A stretch of 64,000 nucleotides of DNA from Caldisphaera sp. (GTDB lineage Archaea; Thermoproteota; Thermoprotei_A; Sulfolobales; Acidilobaceae). Position numbers and translations under genes: made by a program. Positions 34,248 to 45,534 of the stretch are shown one piece after another (position 1 is the first letter of the stretch; the number at the start of each line of letters is the position of its first letter). Location: positions 1 through 64,000 of the forward strand of contig JBMFKU010000005.1 in NCBI GenBank assembly GCA_049971805.1, written 5' to 3'. The notes beneath the pieces are model-generated. The model saw only the letters and a list, made by a program, of their open reading frames with translations, did no database searches and was not told where the DNA came from.

Positions 34248-34338
34248 ACCTTCCTTCTCCTCTCTTAATGAAATGTTTTCCGAAATCTATAGGATTGTCT
34301 GATAAATAAGTAAATACTCTCAAATTATAATAAAATAT

Positions 34339-34662
34339 GGTAGGCCAGGATAGCGGCTCACGGGTCTAATGACCTGAGGAAACACCGCCCTCTCGGTGGC
34401 AACCAGGCCTTGTAAGAGGCTGGGGTGAGACCTCAGGCAACGGCACAGAAACGATGGGCCTCCGTTAGATGTTGATGATATGGTAAGGCCTTCTGGGCAA
34501 CTAGAAGGCAGCAATCCATTGAAATATAACGGAGGATGCTATGAAACGGCCGATCCCTGGTGGAGCAAGGCATGGGGGTTATGAGGAGCCACGCAAGCCC
34601 CTAATTCCGCCGCAGAGTCAAATGCCGCATTAACAAAAGGCGGGTTATTATCCTGGCCTACC
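34339..34662 (+). ncRNA. rnpB: RNase P RNA
   Basis: P1 helix GGTAGGCCAGGATA/TATCCTGGCCTACC, GAGGAAACACCGCC pairing with AAAAGGCGGGTTAT (P4), CACAGAAA and TGAAAC conserved regions, GGAGCAAG. GC-rich island. Confidence 0.95.
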
Positions 34663-34749
34663 TCTATCAAAACTTTTATTAATTAAAAATTGAAGGGTTT
34701 TCTTATTTTTTTATAAACTTAGAATATCATAAGCAATAATGAAATACTG

Positions 34750-35607
34750 GTGGAAAAATTGAAGAGAGACAAATACGGCATTGTTGTTAAGCCTAACAGC
34801 AATAAAGCAGAAAAAATAGCCGAGAAGGTTATTGATTTATTAAAAAATCAAGGTATTAACCCTCTTATTGAGTATGAAACAAAACAAAGCTATAAATCTT
34901 TTTCCAGCTATGAAGAGTTTAAAATGGAAAATAATCCCCCAGAGAAAATAATAGTAATTGGCGGAGATGGAACATTATTAAGAGCAGTAATAAGAATTAA
35001 AAATAACAATTCGATATTTATGAGCATAAGAGCTGGTAAGAGGGGTTTTCTACTAGATGTTGAAGAATATGAGATTGAAAATAGGGTTTTAGACTTTATA
35101 GAGAATAGATATGCATTAGTAGAATATCCAAGGCTCTTACCTATTTTTAACCAAGAAGAAGGAAGCTGTGCCATGAACGATATAGTTATTTTTACTGCTG
35201 ACGGAAGTTTAGTTAAACTAATAGTAAACTACGAAAATAATAAGATTTATAGCATAGATGGCGATGGAGTAGTTATATCTACAACAATAGGATCAACTGC
35301 ATATAGTTTAAGCGCTGGTGGACCTATTATAGATCCAAGATTAAATGCCATAGTTATAGCACCTTTAAATCCAGTTCAACTACACATCAGGCCTGTTGTT
35401 TTGCCCTATAATGGACTAATTACGATTGAATCTAAAGAAGACAGCGGAAGTTACTATATTAATATCGATGGGCAAGAAAAAATACATGGGAAATCTAAAT
35501 CATTACTGCAAGTCAAGCCATGTAAATATGTAGCAAAAATTGCACGTTTTAACTGGTGGGACAACTATTATGAAAGGCTATTCAACAGACTCCTTACATA
35601 CTGGTAA
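34750..35607 (+). CDS. nadK: NAD(+) kinase
   Basis: GGDGT, AMND, DGVVIST and GSTAYSLSAGGP. Confidence 0.95.
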   Translation: MEKLKRDKYGIVVKPNSNKAEKIAEKVIDLLKNQGINPLIEYETKQSYKSFSSYEEFKMENNPPEKIIVIGGDGTLLRAVIRIKNNNSIFMSIRAGKRGFLLDVEEYEIENRVLDFIENRYALVEYPRLLPIFNQEEGSCAMNDIVIFTADGSLVKLIVNYENNKIYSIDGDGVVISTTIGSTAYSLSAGGPIIDPRLNAIVIAPLNPVQLHIRPVVLPYNGLITIESKEDSGSYYINIDGQEKIHGKSKSLLQVKPCKYVAKIARFNWWDNYYERLFNRLLTYW

Positions 35608-36007
35608 ATGTTTAGTTTTAGATTCTGGAGCAATTTTTACTGGTTTTATAGTCGGAAACCCAAATATAGGGTATTTAACGCCATCCGTTATTAATGAAGT
35701 AAAGGATGAAAAGTCAAAATTTGATTTAGAAACTGCTATTTCAGCACAAAAAGTTATTGTGATGGAGCCAGAAAAAAAATATATAGAGTTAGTTTCAAAA
35801 TTTGCTAAAAAAATTAAAGTTTTAAATAAACTAAGTAAAACAGATATTGAGGTTTTAGCCCTAAGCTATCAACTTAGAGAAAAATTTAGCGATGTGCTAT
35901 TAGTTACCGATGACTATGCTATGCAGAAAATTGCAATCAAACTTGGAATAAAAATTGTTGTAATAAAATACCCAGGAATTAAAGATCTAAAAAGTGATAA
36001 CAAATAG
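35570..36007 (+). CDS. Nob1-like PIN-domain ribonuclease
   Basis: VLDSGA, PSVINEVKD, LSKTDIEVLAL and TDDYAMQ. No C-terminal Zn ribbon. Confidence 0.85.
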   Translation: MKGYSTDSLHTGKCLVLDSGAIFTGFIVGNPNIGYLTPSVINEVKDEKSKFDLETAISAQKVIVMEPEKKYIELVSKFAKKIKVLNKLSKTDIEVLALSYQLREKFSDVLLVTDDYAMQKIAIKLGIKIVVIKYPGIKDLKSDNK

Positions 36008-36008
36008 C

Positions 36009-37313
36009 TTAAGTAAAAATAGGCTCTCCCCTTAAATCAAAATATGATGCGTCTTTTATCCTAACCATAATATTTTTCCCTATAATGCTTTCATCAAATT
36101 TAATTGCTACTGGAAAATAATTTTCAAGTCTACCCAGTACATAACCACTCCTGAATCCCTTAGATGTAACAATAGCGTTTTCTATTCTACCTATATATTT
36201 TTTATAAATATCTTCATCTATTTCCTTAATTAATTTATTTAGCTTAAGACTTCTTTCTTTTTTAATCGGTTCAGGAATTTGGAGCATAGATGCTGATTTT
36301 GTTCTAGGTCTAATACTATATTGTGCTAAATAAACCCTTTCAAACCTTAATTCTCTGACTAATTTCATTGTATTGCTAAATGCATCTTCGCCTTCACCAG
36401 GATGACCAACGATTATATCTGTTGCGAACAAAGAATTTGGAAACCTGCTTTTTATCTTATAATGAAGCTTTTTAAACTCATTAACATTATAATTTCTATT
36501 CATTATCCTCAACAAATCATCATCTCCTGACTGAACTGGTATATGAAAGAATTTGAAAATTCTTTCATCTTGATATAAGTATAAGAGATCGTCAATTATT
36601 TCCATAGATTTATCAGGTGTCATCATCCCTATCCTTAATTTATAATCTCCTTTTACTTTATCTAATATAATTGAAATTAAATCGTTTAACCTAATCTTTG
36701 GGTTAAAATCAACGCCATATACCGCTATATCCTGACCCGTTAATCTTATTTCTTTTATATTTTTATCTACTAAATTTTGTATTGTCTCTACTATTATTCT
36801 TGGTTTATAGGATTTGAGAGATCTTCTGGCTATTTTTGTCATGCAAAAACTACAATTATCAAGGCAGCCCTCTTCCACCATTATAGTAGCAACACTACCC
36901 TCTATTGGAGGTATTGGCATCACTTCAGTATTTCTTTCTCCATCCAATAAATTTACCTTATTATAAGATTTAATAACATCTAATATTTTGGTTACATTTT
37001 GTGGAGATAATAGGTTGGCGTTCGGTATTAACCTCTCAATTAGTGATGGTCTAGCTTTAGCCAGACAACCAGATACAACTATTTTAGATTTAATTACTTG
37101 ATTTTGAATTTCTTTTAATCTTTTTGCTATCTTAGCTTCAGTATCCAACCTAACTGCACATGTATTTATTATTACTATATCAGCATCATTAATGTTATTA
37201 GTTCTTATATAACCATTTTCTGTTAGTATGGCAGCCATGATAGAGCTATCAAATTCTGATAGGGCACATCCATAGGTTTCTATGTAATATTTCTGCATTC
37301 TCTCTCCCATCAT
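36009..37313 (-). CDS. tRNA methylthiotransferase (MtaB/CDKAL1-like radical SAM)
   Basis: ETYGC, NTCAVR, GCLDNCSFC, HIPVQSG, TDIIVGHPGE and a C-terminal TRAM-like domain. Confidence 0.92.
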   Translation of the reverse strand: MMGERMQKYYIETYGCALSEFDSSIMAAILTENGYIRTNNINDADIVIINTCAVRLDTEAKIAKRLKEIQNQVIKSKIVVSGCLAKARPSLIERLIPNANLLSPQNVTKILDVIKSYNKVNLLDGERNTEVMPIPPIEGSVATIMVEEGCLDNCSFCMTKIARRSLKSYKPRIIVETIQNLVDKNIKEIRLTGQDIAVYGVDFNPKIRLNDLISIILDKVKGDYKLRIGMMTPDKSMEIIDDLLYLYQDERIFKFFHIPVQSGDDDLLRIMNRNYNVNEFKKLHYKIKSRFPNSLFATDIIVGHPGEGEDAFSNTMKLVRELRFERVYLAQYSIRPRTKSASMLQIPEPIKKERSLKLNKLIKEIDEDIYKKYIGRIENAIVTSKGFRSGYVLGRLENYFPVAIKFDESIIGKNIMVRIKDASYFDLRGEPIFT

Positions 37314-37444
37314 TTCCCAAATTATTTTTCTAAAAAATAAATCTCTATATAAACTTAATATTTTTAATATAATTTTAATATAAAACTGACATCCACACTG
37401 AAGGGTTACGAGTTCTTAAGTGTGTAAATGGTAACAGAATAGAA

Positions 37445-37972
37445 TTAACCCTTAAAAAACTTAGGAAGTCTAACACCTTGTTGCCCCCTATACTCACCAG
37501 AATAAGGCTTTTCTGATGGTGTTTCCATTTTAACTAAAACCAAATGCAAAAATCTCTCACCAGCATATAATTTCACAGGAAACTCACTACCAATTACTTC
37601 TATAGTTAATTGGCCCTCAAAGCCTGCATCTGTTACAGTGCTTGGTATGTATATGCCAGTCCTTGCCCATGTACTTCTTAAATTAACCAGACCTGCTAAA
37701 TAAGAAGGTAACTTGACATATTCTAGCGAATGTAATAAATAGTGCCTATGAGGTTCAATAATAAAACTATCAGACTTATTGCATTCATAATAATTAATTG
37801 AATCTCCTGGATTATTTGGATCTAAAACAACATTTGTTTTCTTAAATGCACAATATTGGCTTCCTAGCTTTAAGTCAACACCATTTTCTCTTATTGTATC
37901 ATCACTTAAAGGATTTATTATTAATTCATCTGATTTGATCAGAATCTTTATATCTCTATCGCTTAGTATCAT
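37445..37972 (-). CDS. dcd: dCTP deaminase
   Basis: MILSDRDI, LRSTWARTG, DAGFEGQLTIE and YRGQ. Confidence 0.95.
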   Translation of the reverse strand: MILSDRDIKILIKSDELIINPLSDDTIRENGVDLKLGSQYCAFKKTNVVLDPNNPGDSINYYECNKSDSFIIEPHRHYLLHSLEYVKLPSYLAGLVNLRSTWARTGIYIPSTVTDAGFEGQLTIEVIGSEFPVKLYAGERFLHLVLVKMETPSEKPYSGEYRGQQGVRLPKFFKG

Positions 37973-38158
37973 GGCTATCGCCCCATTCTATATGTATTAC
38001 TTAAGAATATAGACTTTATTTTAATAAAAGTTTTTCTTAGCTATGAAAATGCTTACTTTCTATATATAATAAATTTATTACTACTTAAAATAGTAATAAA
38101 GTAAATTTTATTAATCAGCTAAGTTAAAAGCTAATATATTTGTATGATAAAGTAGGTT

Positions 38159-38563
38159 TTGGTGATCAAAATGAATGAAAATTTTATGAAAGGCCTAAAT
38201 ATAGTATTAAAGGAATCGTGGAAAAATCCCAAATATAGATCTATAATGATTTTAGTGGCATTGGTTTCATTATTTGCAGCACTAGGAACAGGCATTGCAA
38301 TAGGGCATGCAGCAAGCTCTTCTTCAGCAGCCACTACATCACCATATGATGTATTTGGTAAAGCACTTGGTTCAGGACTAGCAGTTGGTCTAGCCGGTAT
38401 AGGAGGAGGATATGCAGTAGCCGTAGCCGGTGCGGCAGCAATAAGCGCAGTTGCTGAAAACAGAGAGCTGTTTGGAACAGCATTTATATTTGTTGTCCTT
38501 GGAGAGGGAATAGCAATATATGGTTTGCTGATAGCAATAATAGTCTTATTCGTCTTGCCATAA
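38159..38563 (+). CDS. atpK: A/V-type ATP synthase proteolipid subunit K (c)
   Basis: Gly-rich hairpin with conserved Glu in LGEGIAIYGLLIA; extra N-terminal hydrophobic segment. Confidence 0.9.
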   Translation: MVIKMNENFMKGLNIVLKESWKNPKYRSIMILVALVSLFAALGTGIAIGHAASSSSAATTSPYDVFGKALGSGLAVGLAGIGGGYAVAVAGAAAISAVAENRELFGTAFIFVVLGEGIAIYGLLIAIIVLFVLP

Positions 38564-38728
38564 ATATTAAAAAACTATAAAAATTTTTATTTAACTTAAT
38601 CTGAAGAACTTTTTTAACTCTTCGCAAAACAATCTTTATAACAATATTTAATTTTAAAAAAGCTTTAATTAAACTGTTTTAGAAATAACTTATAATATGT
38701 TTTTATTTTTTATAATACGGGTGAGAGA

Positions 38729-40180
38729 TTGGTTGAGCCAAAAAAAGAAAAAATAATATCAAATTTTTCTGAATGGTTTGACAGCGTATTAGAAAAAGCA
38801 GAAATATTTGACTACGGAAGATATCCAGTAAAAGGAATGGGAATTTGGCTACCTTATGGATTTCAAATAAGAAAAAAAGTAATTGAAGAGATTAGAAATC
38901 TGCTTGATAATACAAATCATGAAGAGGTTTTATTCCCATTATTAATACCTGATTGGATGCTAGGAAAAGAAACTGAGCACATAAGAGGATTTGAAAATGA
39001 AGTATTTTGGGTTACACATGGTGGATTAGACGAACTAGAGCAAAAATTGGCATTGAGGCCAACGAGCGAAACAATAATAACCTATTATGAATCTTTATGG
39101 TATCAAAGCTATAAGCAATTGCCAAAAAAACTTTACCAAATAGTTAGCATGTTTAGATACGAAACCAAAGCAACAAGACCATTAATTAGATTAAGAGAGG
39201 TGACAACATTTAAAGAGGCTCACACAATTCATGATAGTTATGAGAGCGCGGAAGCCCAAGTAAATGAAGCCATTGAGATATATAAGAAGTTTTTTGATAA
39301 CCTAGGCATACCCTATATAATTTCAAAGAGACCTGATTGGGACAAGTTTGCAGGGGCACTATATACAATAGCCTTTGATACTCTTATGCCAGATGGTAGA
39401 ACCTTACAAATAGGAACAGCACATAACCTAGGTCAAAGCTTCACAAAGGCTTTCAGTTTCAAAATACAACTTAAGGACGGCTCGTATGATTTTCCATGGC
39501 AAACAAGCTATGGTATTAGCGATAGAGTAGTAGCATCTCTTATTGCCATTCATGGCGATAATAATGGACTAGTTTTACCTCCAAATATTTCACCAATACA
39601 AGTAATAATTGTACCTATACCATCTTCAAATGAAAATGAAGCAGAGCTAATAAAGAGCTATTGTAAAGCAATATTAAATAAACTAGAAAATGAAAAAATC
39701 AGAACAAAAATAGACGACAGAAATGAAGTAACTCCAGGAGAAAAATATTATTATTGGGAAGCCAAAGGAGTACCTATAAGATTAGAAATAGGTTCGAGGG
39801 AACTTCACAACAACACAGTAACTCTAGTTAGAAGGGACATACTAGAGAAAAAAATAGTAAAAGAAAATGAGTTAATTAGAGAAATTATATCTACAATGAA
39901 TCTTATACAAAATAATTTATATGAAAGAGCTTGGAAAAATATTATGCAAAAAATTCATAGAACAAATAATTTAGTTGAAGCAAAATCATATCTAGATAGA
40001 AAAGACGGAATAGTAGAGATACCTTGGTGTGGCAATGAAGAATGTGCCAATAAAATAATGGAAAGGCTTGAAGCAAAATGTCTTGGAACTCCATGGCCAA
40101 GCGAAAAAATTAACAATGAAAAATGCCCAATATGCGGGAAAAGTGCGGTAACAGTAATGAGATATGCCAGACAATATTAA
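38729..40180 (+). CDS. proS: proline--tRNA ligase (archaeal/eukaryal type)
   Basis: [35 protein letters not shown] and a C-terminal Zn site ending ARQY. Confidence 0.97.
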   Translation: MVEPKKEKIISNFSEWFDSVLEKAEIFDYGRYPVKGMGIWLPYGFQIRKKVIEEIRNLLDNTNHEEVLFPLLIPDWMLGKETEHIRGFENEVFWVTHGGLDELEQKLALRPTSETIITYYESLWYQSYKQLPKKLYQIVSMFRYETKATRPLIRLREVTTFKEAHTIHDSYESAEAQVNEAIEIYKKFFDNLGIPYIISKRPDWDKFAGALYTIAFDTLMPDGRTLQIGTAHNLGQSFTKAFSFKIQLKDGSYDFPWQTSYGISDRVVASLIAIHGDNNGLVLPPNISPIQVIIVPIPSSNENEAELIKSYCKAILNKLENEKIRTKIDDRNEVTPGEKYYYWEAKGVPIRLEIGSRELHNNTVTLVRRDILEKKIVKENELIREIISTMNLIQNNLYERAWKNIMQKIHRTNNLVEAKSYLDRKDGIVEIPWCGNEECANKIMERLEAKCLGTPWPSEKINNEKCPICGKSAVTVMRYARQY

Positions 40181-40292
40181 TACAAAAATATTAAAAACCT
40201 TGCACTTTTTTGTCTATTAAATAAAACATGTCAATCTTTCTTATCTATTGGTTACATTAAAAATTAAAGCATAGAACAAAAAACTTTTGCCG

Positions 40293-40360
40293 AATTGCTC
40301 AGAGGGCTCCTTGTCGTCACAGCTAAACGCTTCCGTGTCCACCACACTCTTCATCGCATT
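40293..40360 (-). ncRNA. C/D-box guide sRNA
   Basis: Minus strand: TGCG-ATGAAGA(C)-GTGTGGTGGACA-CGGA(D')-spacer-GTGACGA(C')-CAAGGAGCCCT-CTGA(D)-GCA. GC-rich patch in AT-rich intergenic DNA. Confidence 0.75.
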
Positions 40361-40405
40361 TATTTACTTATCTTTTTCTAATAATAAAACTTATCACCAC
40401 ATAAA

Positions 40406-41071
40406 TTAATTGTTTTCAAGAAATCCATCCAAGCCAACCAATGGAACAAAGATTACTCCTATATCATATTTTATATTTAGATTTCCATATTTATCCTTTT
40501 CTATTATGACTAATTTTTGTTCATATCTATCACCCACAGGCAAAACGGCTTTACCGGTATTTTTTAATTGTATCTTAATAAAATTTGGTATACGGGGAGA
40601 TGCTGCAGTAATAATAATTCTATCATAAGGACTTTCTAATTCGTAACCTATTGAACCATCTCCAACAATTAGAGTTACATAATTTAATAGTCCAACCTTT
40701 TCTAAATTTTGCCGTGAAAATTCTGACAACTCTTTAATCCTTTCTATAGACCACACATGTCCAGTTTCCTTAACCAAATATGCCAAAATCGCTGTCTGAT
40801 AGCCAGAACCGGTTCCAATTTCTAAAACTTTATGACCTTCATCTAATTGTAAAAGTTCTGTCATATATGAAACTATGCTCGGGGCACTAACAGTTTGACC
40901 AAATCCAATAGGAATTGGTTTATCATCATAAGCCTCATTAATATATTTACTTGGTACAAACAATGCTCTATCTATCTTTATCATTGCCTCCTCAACTTTG
41001 TTAGACTTAATATAACCGCCGTTCTTTAATTGTTGCATTAGTTCCAACTTTTTTTGAATAAAATCGCTCAA
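40406..41071 (-). CDS. pcm: protein-L-isoaspartate O-methyltransferase
   Basis: AYDDKP, GQTVSAP, VLEIGTGSGY, PYDRIIITAA and FVPL. Confidence 0.96.
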   Translation of the reverse strand: MSDFIQKKLELMQQLKNGGYIKSNKVEEAMIKIDRALFVPSKYINEAYDDKPIPIGFGQTVSAPSIVSYMTELLQLDEGHKVLEIGTGSGYQTAILAYLVKETGHVWSIERIKELSEFSRQNLEKVGLLNYVTLIVGDGSIGYELESPYDRIIITAASPRIPNFIKIQLKNTGKAVLPVGDRYEQKLVIIEKDKYGNLNIKYDIGVIFVPLVGLDGFLENN

Positions 41072-41114
41072 CCTTCCACCATAAAATTAGTTCAAATTTA
41101 AAACTTATATTTTA

Positions 41115-42041
41115 TTAAAATATCTTAAAAGAAAGGCCAACACTTTCTAGCATTTTAGAAACCATAAAATGGGGAATTCTCATTAGCATATCTTTTTGAG
41201 ATGAGTTAGGGAAGCTATTTATTATATTTGAAGCATCATTGACTAGAGAATTTAATGTACTCATGCCCTTCTTAACTACATTATCCCCTTTTTCTATACC
41301 TGAATGGCTTCTAATAACCCATTTTTCAAACAATATTTCTCCTGGATCTAATTTATCCTTTTTACCTATAAGATAAGAATAGTAGTCGCTAATATCATCT
41401 GCCATCTGATATGCTATTCCTAATTTATCACCATATATCTCTGCGTTATCTAAAGCTAAGTTATTTTTAGCTGCTAATGTACCTAGAATTGTTGATAGGC
41501 TAAATAATGATGCTGTTTTAAGTTTTGCCACATTTATGTATTCTGACGGCTTTAACTTAATTGATGCATAAGCATCTAATATCTCTCCCTTAACCATAGA
41601 TTCCCATGCCTTTATACTGTATTTTATTGCATCAAACCCATATTTTTCTATTATCCTTTGAGCAACTGGAACCAAAAGCAATGCTGTCAATGCAGTTTTT
41701 CCAATTCCATATACAACCCAGCTCGATAACTTACCTCTCCTATTTACATCATTATCAACAATATCATCTATAGCCAAGCTTGCTGCATGAACCATCTCTA
41801 TAGCTATTGCTGCATCTGAAGCCTCTTCCATCGATGATCCCAATGATTCTGCAAACAGTATTGTTAAAAAGCCTCTAAACATCTTTCCTCCTTTTGTTAG
41901 ATAATTTGGTATATCTTCAATGCCCATATTTTCCATAGATTTGGCTGTCTCCTCTATTTTTGGCCCCAGAAATTCTCTTACTTTTTCCCATTTTTCTAGT
42001 ATCATTACATCAATGTCTTCAGAAGTTATTTCTTTGTTCAA
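41115..42041 (-). CDS. polyprenyl diphosphate synthase
   Basis: GKMFR, HAASLAIDDIVD..RRG, KTASLF and AYQMADD. Confidence 0.92.
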   Translation of the reverse strand: MNKEITSEDIDVMILEKWEKVREFLGPKIEETAKSMENMGIEDIPNYLTKGGKMFRGFLTILFAESLGSSMEEASDAAIAIEMVHAASLAIDDIVDNDVNRRGKLSSWVVYGIGKTALTALLLVPVAQRIIEKYGFDAIKYSIKAWESMVKGEILDAYASIKLKPSEYINVAKLKTASLFSLSTILGTLAAKNNLALDNAEIYGDKLGIAYQMADDISDYYSYLIGKKDKLDPGEILFEKWVIRSHSGIEKGDNVVKKGMSTLNSLVNDASNIINSFPNSSQKDMLMRIPHFMVSKMLESVGLSFKIF

Positions 42042-42152
42042 GTTTAGCGCACCTTTCTATCCATACAAAGCTTAACCTTTAGGGTTTATTAATATGTATT
42101 CTATCTACTTTTATTTTAAAAATAAATAAAGAATTTTAAGCTTTTTTAAAAT

Positions 42153-42902
42153 TCATAAATTCTTTATAGGATTTCTTGCATATAAAATTCCAACTATTAT
42201 AGGCATTTTCTTAAAAATTACTTTTTTAAAATATTTTTTTGCTACAAACTCAAATTCTTTAGAAGTATACATATTATTAAGTGTTCTATGCAAATCGGGA
42301 TATCTGAGAGAATCTTTTCCACAACCCATCAAAAAACCAGATATCACAGACAATATATTAAATTGAAGAAAAGATATAATTTTTTCTAATATATTTTCTG
42401 GCCTATATAAATCTAATATTATTAGTTTACCATCAGACTTTAATATCCTAGAAAACTCTTTCAATGCTATTTCATAATTTCTTGCATCTCTAAATGAAAA
42501 CATAGCAATTACAGAATCCATAGAATTGTCCTTAAGAGGTATGCTTTCAAAGAAACCATTTATTAAATTTATGTTTTTGATTGAATTTTTAGCGATTTCC
42601 AACATTGAATACGATGGATCCATAGCTATTACATTAGCATTATTATTAATAATTTTAATATAACTTGTAGAAGTACCAGGACCCGAGCCAGCATCTAGTA
42701 TATTATGAGAGTTAATTGATAAATTAGATGCAAAAATTCTTAGCTTTTTAAGCATATAGAGGCTCATTAAATTATTTACTTTTTCATAGCATCCTTTCTT
42801 TGAGTAGTTTTCTATTTCACATACAATTTCCTTCCAAAATATTTCTTCTAAACCCTTGTTACTTGTATTTTGTTTGTTTGCAATTTTATCCATTTTTATC
42901 AA
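42153..42902 (-). CDS. UbiE/MenG-like SAM methyltransferase
   Basis: YEKVNNLMS, LDAGSGPG, FSFRD and EFSRILK. Upstream of the polyprenyl synthase. Confidence 0.82.
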   Translation of the reverse strand: MIKMDKIANKQNTSNKGLEEIFWKEIVCEIENYSKKGCYEKVNNLMSLYMLKKLRIFASNLSINSHNILDAGSGPGTSTSYIKIINNNANVIAMDPSYSMLEIAKNSIKNINLINGFFESIPLKDNSMDSVIAMFSFRDARNYEIALKEFSRILKSDGKLIILDLYRPENILEKIISFLQFNILSVISGFLMGCGKDSLRYPDLHRTLNNMYTSKEFEFVAKKYFKKVIFKKMPIIVGILYARNPIKNL

Positions 42903-43069
42903 CTTTTCTTTACCTAAACTATTTCTGAATTAAACATTAAATCATTATAAATTATAAATTTTATAAATGTATTTTAATAATTGATGAATGATTAAAGTCA
43001 AGAGCATCTTATGCTATTTTAAATAGTAAAAATAAAAATTTATATTAATTTATGCTTTTCATAATAATT

Positions 43070-43129
43070 GTCGATGAAGAAGGTTAAAAGCTGTGAGAAC
43101 AACGATGATCGAAGCTAGGCTTCTGAGAC
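43070..43129 (+). ncRNA. C/D-box guide sRNA
   Basis: GTCG-ATGAAGA(C)-AGGTTAAAAGCT-GTGA(D')-GAACA-ACGATGA(C')-TCGAAGCTAGGCTT-CTGA(D)-GAC, with terminal GTC/GAC stem. Confidence 0.82.
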
Positions 43130-43341
43130 TCATATTTTAATTTTATGGAAATTTGCACAAGACATTTGAAACCTGAGTACTATGGGTCGATCACAGAACT
43201 ATTGTCTCTCTTCAGATTTCCTATGATCTTTATGTTTAAACTTTATGAAAACTGATCTGCTCTAAAATACAGGGCTAAAGGTTTTTATTGCTTTTACTGC
43301 AAGCCGTTTAATATTTATAAATTTTATCATCCTCCTAAAGT

Positions 43342-44061
43342 GTGGAACTTTCAACTTATTCGCAAAAGGGAGAAAAATTGGAAAAAATAGTAATAAAAAT
43401 AAGCGGTAGTTTATTGTATCCACCAAATCTAGAATATATTTTAAAGTTAAAAGAGAATTTAATTAATCTTATTAAAAAAGAATTTAAATTGGGCATTGTT
43501 GTAGGAGGAGGACCTCTAGCCAGAGCTTATATAAATACGTTAAGGAACATAAATGATTCTGAATCTATATTAGATGTAATAGGAATAGAATCTGCAAGAT
43601 TAAATGCATTAAGCCTATCTATAGCTCTTATGCCATATTCGTCTCCAAAAGTACCTAAAGATATCATTGAAGCAATAGAAATATCAAATCAAAACTTAAT
43701 ACCAGTATTAGGTGGATTACAACCAGGACATAGCACAAATGCGGTTTCTATGATTTTAGCTGAAGCATTGGGCTCCAAATTAGTAATAAATATGCTTAAC
43801 GGCGTTGATGGTATCTATACAAAAAGACCTAATGATAATAATGCAAAAAAGCTATTTAAAGTCTCTTATGGTGAAATGGAATCTTTAATAGAAAATATGG
43901 AGCAAATAGCTGGAAGCTATGAGCTCTTAGATCATGTTGCATTTGATTTGATTAAAAGGAGCAAAATAAGAGTTATATTTATTGATGGAAAAGATCCAGA
44001 TAACGTTTATAGGAGATTAATAAAAGAAGAAAAAATTGGTTCAGAATTAATCCCTGATTAA
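43342..44061 (+). CDS. pyrH: UMP kinase
   Basis: VIKISGS, VVGGGPLAR, GGLQPGHSTNAV, VDGIY and GSYELLD. True start may be the TTG at 43378. Confidence 0.93.
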   Translation: MELSTYSQKGEKLEKIVIKISGSLLYPPNLEYILKLKENLINLIKKEFKLGIVVGGGPLARAYINTLRNINDSESILDVIGIESARLNALSLSIALMPYSSPKVPKDIIEAIEISNQNLIPVLGGLQPGHSTNAVSMILAEALGSKLVINMLNGVDGIYTKRPNDNNAKKLFKVSYGEMESLIENMEQIAGSYELLDHVAFDLIKRSKIRVIFIDGKDPDNVYRRLIKEEKIGSELIPD

Positions 44062-44139
44062 TGTGTTATAAAAAGAATAGCTAAAAAGCAATTATTATAG
44101 TATTAATATATAAAAGAGCAAATTAAAAATTGATAAAAT

Positions 44140-45534
44140 TTACTTTTTATGCTTTGGATGATATCTTTGGATCATTTCTTCTTTTATATTTGTTAGCTCT
44201 TCTTCTGGTAATTCCGATAATATATTCCATGCCAAGTCCAAAGTAGTTTCTATGCTTCTATTTTCCCTTAGACCTTGGGATAGGAAATTCTTTTCAAACA
44301 AATCTGCAAACTTTAGGAACTTCCTATCAGTTTCACTTAAGCTTTCTTCTCCTACTACAGCGGCTAAGCTTCTTAGTTCAACACCCCTGCTGTAAGATGC
44401 GTAAAGCTGATCGCTAACCTGCGCATGGTCTTCCCTTGTCTTTCCAGGGCCAATACCTTCTTTCATGAGTCTTGAAAGGCTCATTAACACGTTTATAGGT
44501 GGATAAATACCCTTGTTGTAAAGATCTCTACTTAAAACTATCTGTCCTTCAGTTATATATCCCGTTAGATCTGGTATTGGATGAGTTATATCGTCGTTCG
44601 GCATAGATAGGATTGGTATTTGTGTTATGCTTCCTTTTTTACCATGAACCCTTCCTGCCCTTTCATATATGCTTGCTAGATCGCTATACATATAACCTGG
44701 ATAACCTTGTCTTCCAGGAACTTCTTCTCTAGATGAACTTATTTCTCTTAAAGCTTCTGCATAATTTGTCATATCAGTTAATATTACTAAGATGTGCATG
44801 TCCTTTTCATATGCTAAATACTCTGCTAAAGTTAATGCTACTCTTGGGGTTACCAACCTTATCATAGCTGGTTCGTCTGCTAAGTTAACAAACATCGCCA
44901 CCCTGTTTAAAGCACCCGTTTCCTCAAAGAACTTTCTGAAGAATAGAAAGTCATCATATTTTATTCCAATTGCTGTGAAGATGACTCCAAACTCTTCATT
45001 CTGACCTTTAACAGTTGATTGCCTAGCTATCTGTGCTGCTAGTTGATTATGCGGCAATCCACTCCCACTAAATATAGGAAGTTTTTGCCCTCTAACTAAT
45101 GTATTCATACCATCGATAGCACTTACACCAGTTTGTATAAAGTCTTCTGGATACGCTCTAACAGCTGGGTTTATTGGTGATCCATTTATATCGTATCTTT
45201 CCTCTGCAACAATCTCAGGACCATTATCTATTGGCTCTCCTAAGCCATTAAATATCCTGCCTAACATATCTTCAGATACAGGCAATTCCAATGGTCTTCC
45301 AAGGAATCTAACCTTTGTGCCTGTTGTAGTAATTCCTGTAGTACCTTCAAAAACCTGAACAACTGCTAAATTTTTAGAAACATCTAACACTCTCCCCCTT
45401 CTTCTTGATCCGTTGGAAAGCTCTATCTCTACTATTTCATCATAAGCTGTTTTGCTTATGCCTTCCACAAATATCAATGGCCCTCTTATTTCAACAACTC
45501 TTGAATACTCCCTTATACCGTAAACTGAACTCAT
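44140..45534 (-). CDS. atpB: A/V-type ATP synthase subunit B
   Basis: [22 protein letters not shown] and [15 protein letters not shown]. Confidence 0.98.
   Translation of the reverse strand: MSSVYGIREYSRVVEIRGPLIFVEGISKTAYDEIVEIELSNGSRRRGRVLDVSKNLAVVQVFEGTTGITTTGTKVRFLGRPLELPVSEDMLGRIFNGLGEPIDNGPEIVAEERYDINGSPINPAVRAYPEDFIQTGVSAIDGMNTLVRGQKLPIFSGSGLPHNQLAAQIARQSTVKGQNEEFGVIFTAIGIKYDDFLFFRKFFEETGALNRVAMFVNLADEPAMIRLVTPRVALTLAEYLAYEKDMHILVILTDMTNYAEALREISSSREEVPGRQGYPGYMYSDLASIYERAGRVHGKKGSITQIPILSMPNDDITHPIPDLTGYITEGQIVLSRDLYNKGIYPPINVLMSLSRLMKEGIGPGKTREDHAQVSDQLYASYSRGVELRSLAAVVGEESLSETDRKFLKFADLFEKNFLSQGLRENRSIETTLDLAWNILSELPEEELTNIKEEMIQRYHPKHKK

Noticed and set aside
34320-34514. 64-aa minus-strand ORF
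   Set aside because: It is antisense to RNase P RNA; the GC-rich RNA explains the open frame.
43165-43260. Possible second C/D sRNA after the one at 43070
   Set aside because: No consistent C, D', C', D order on either strand.
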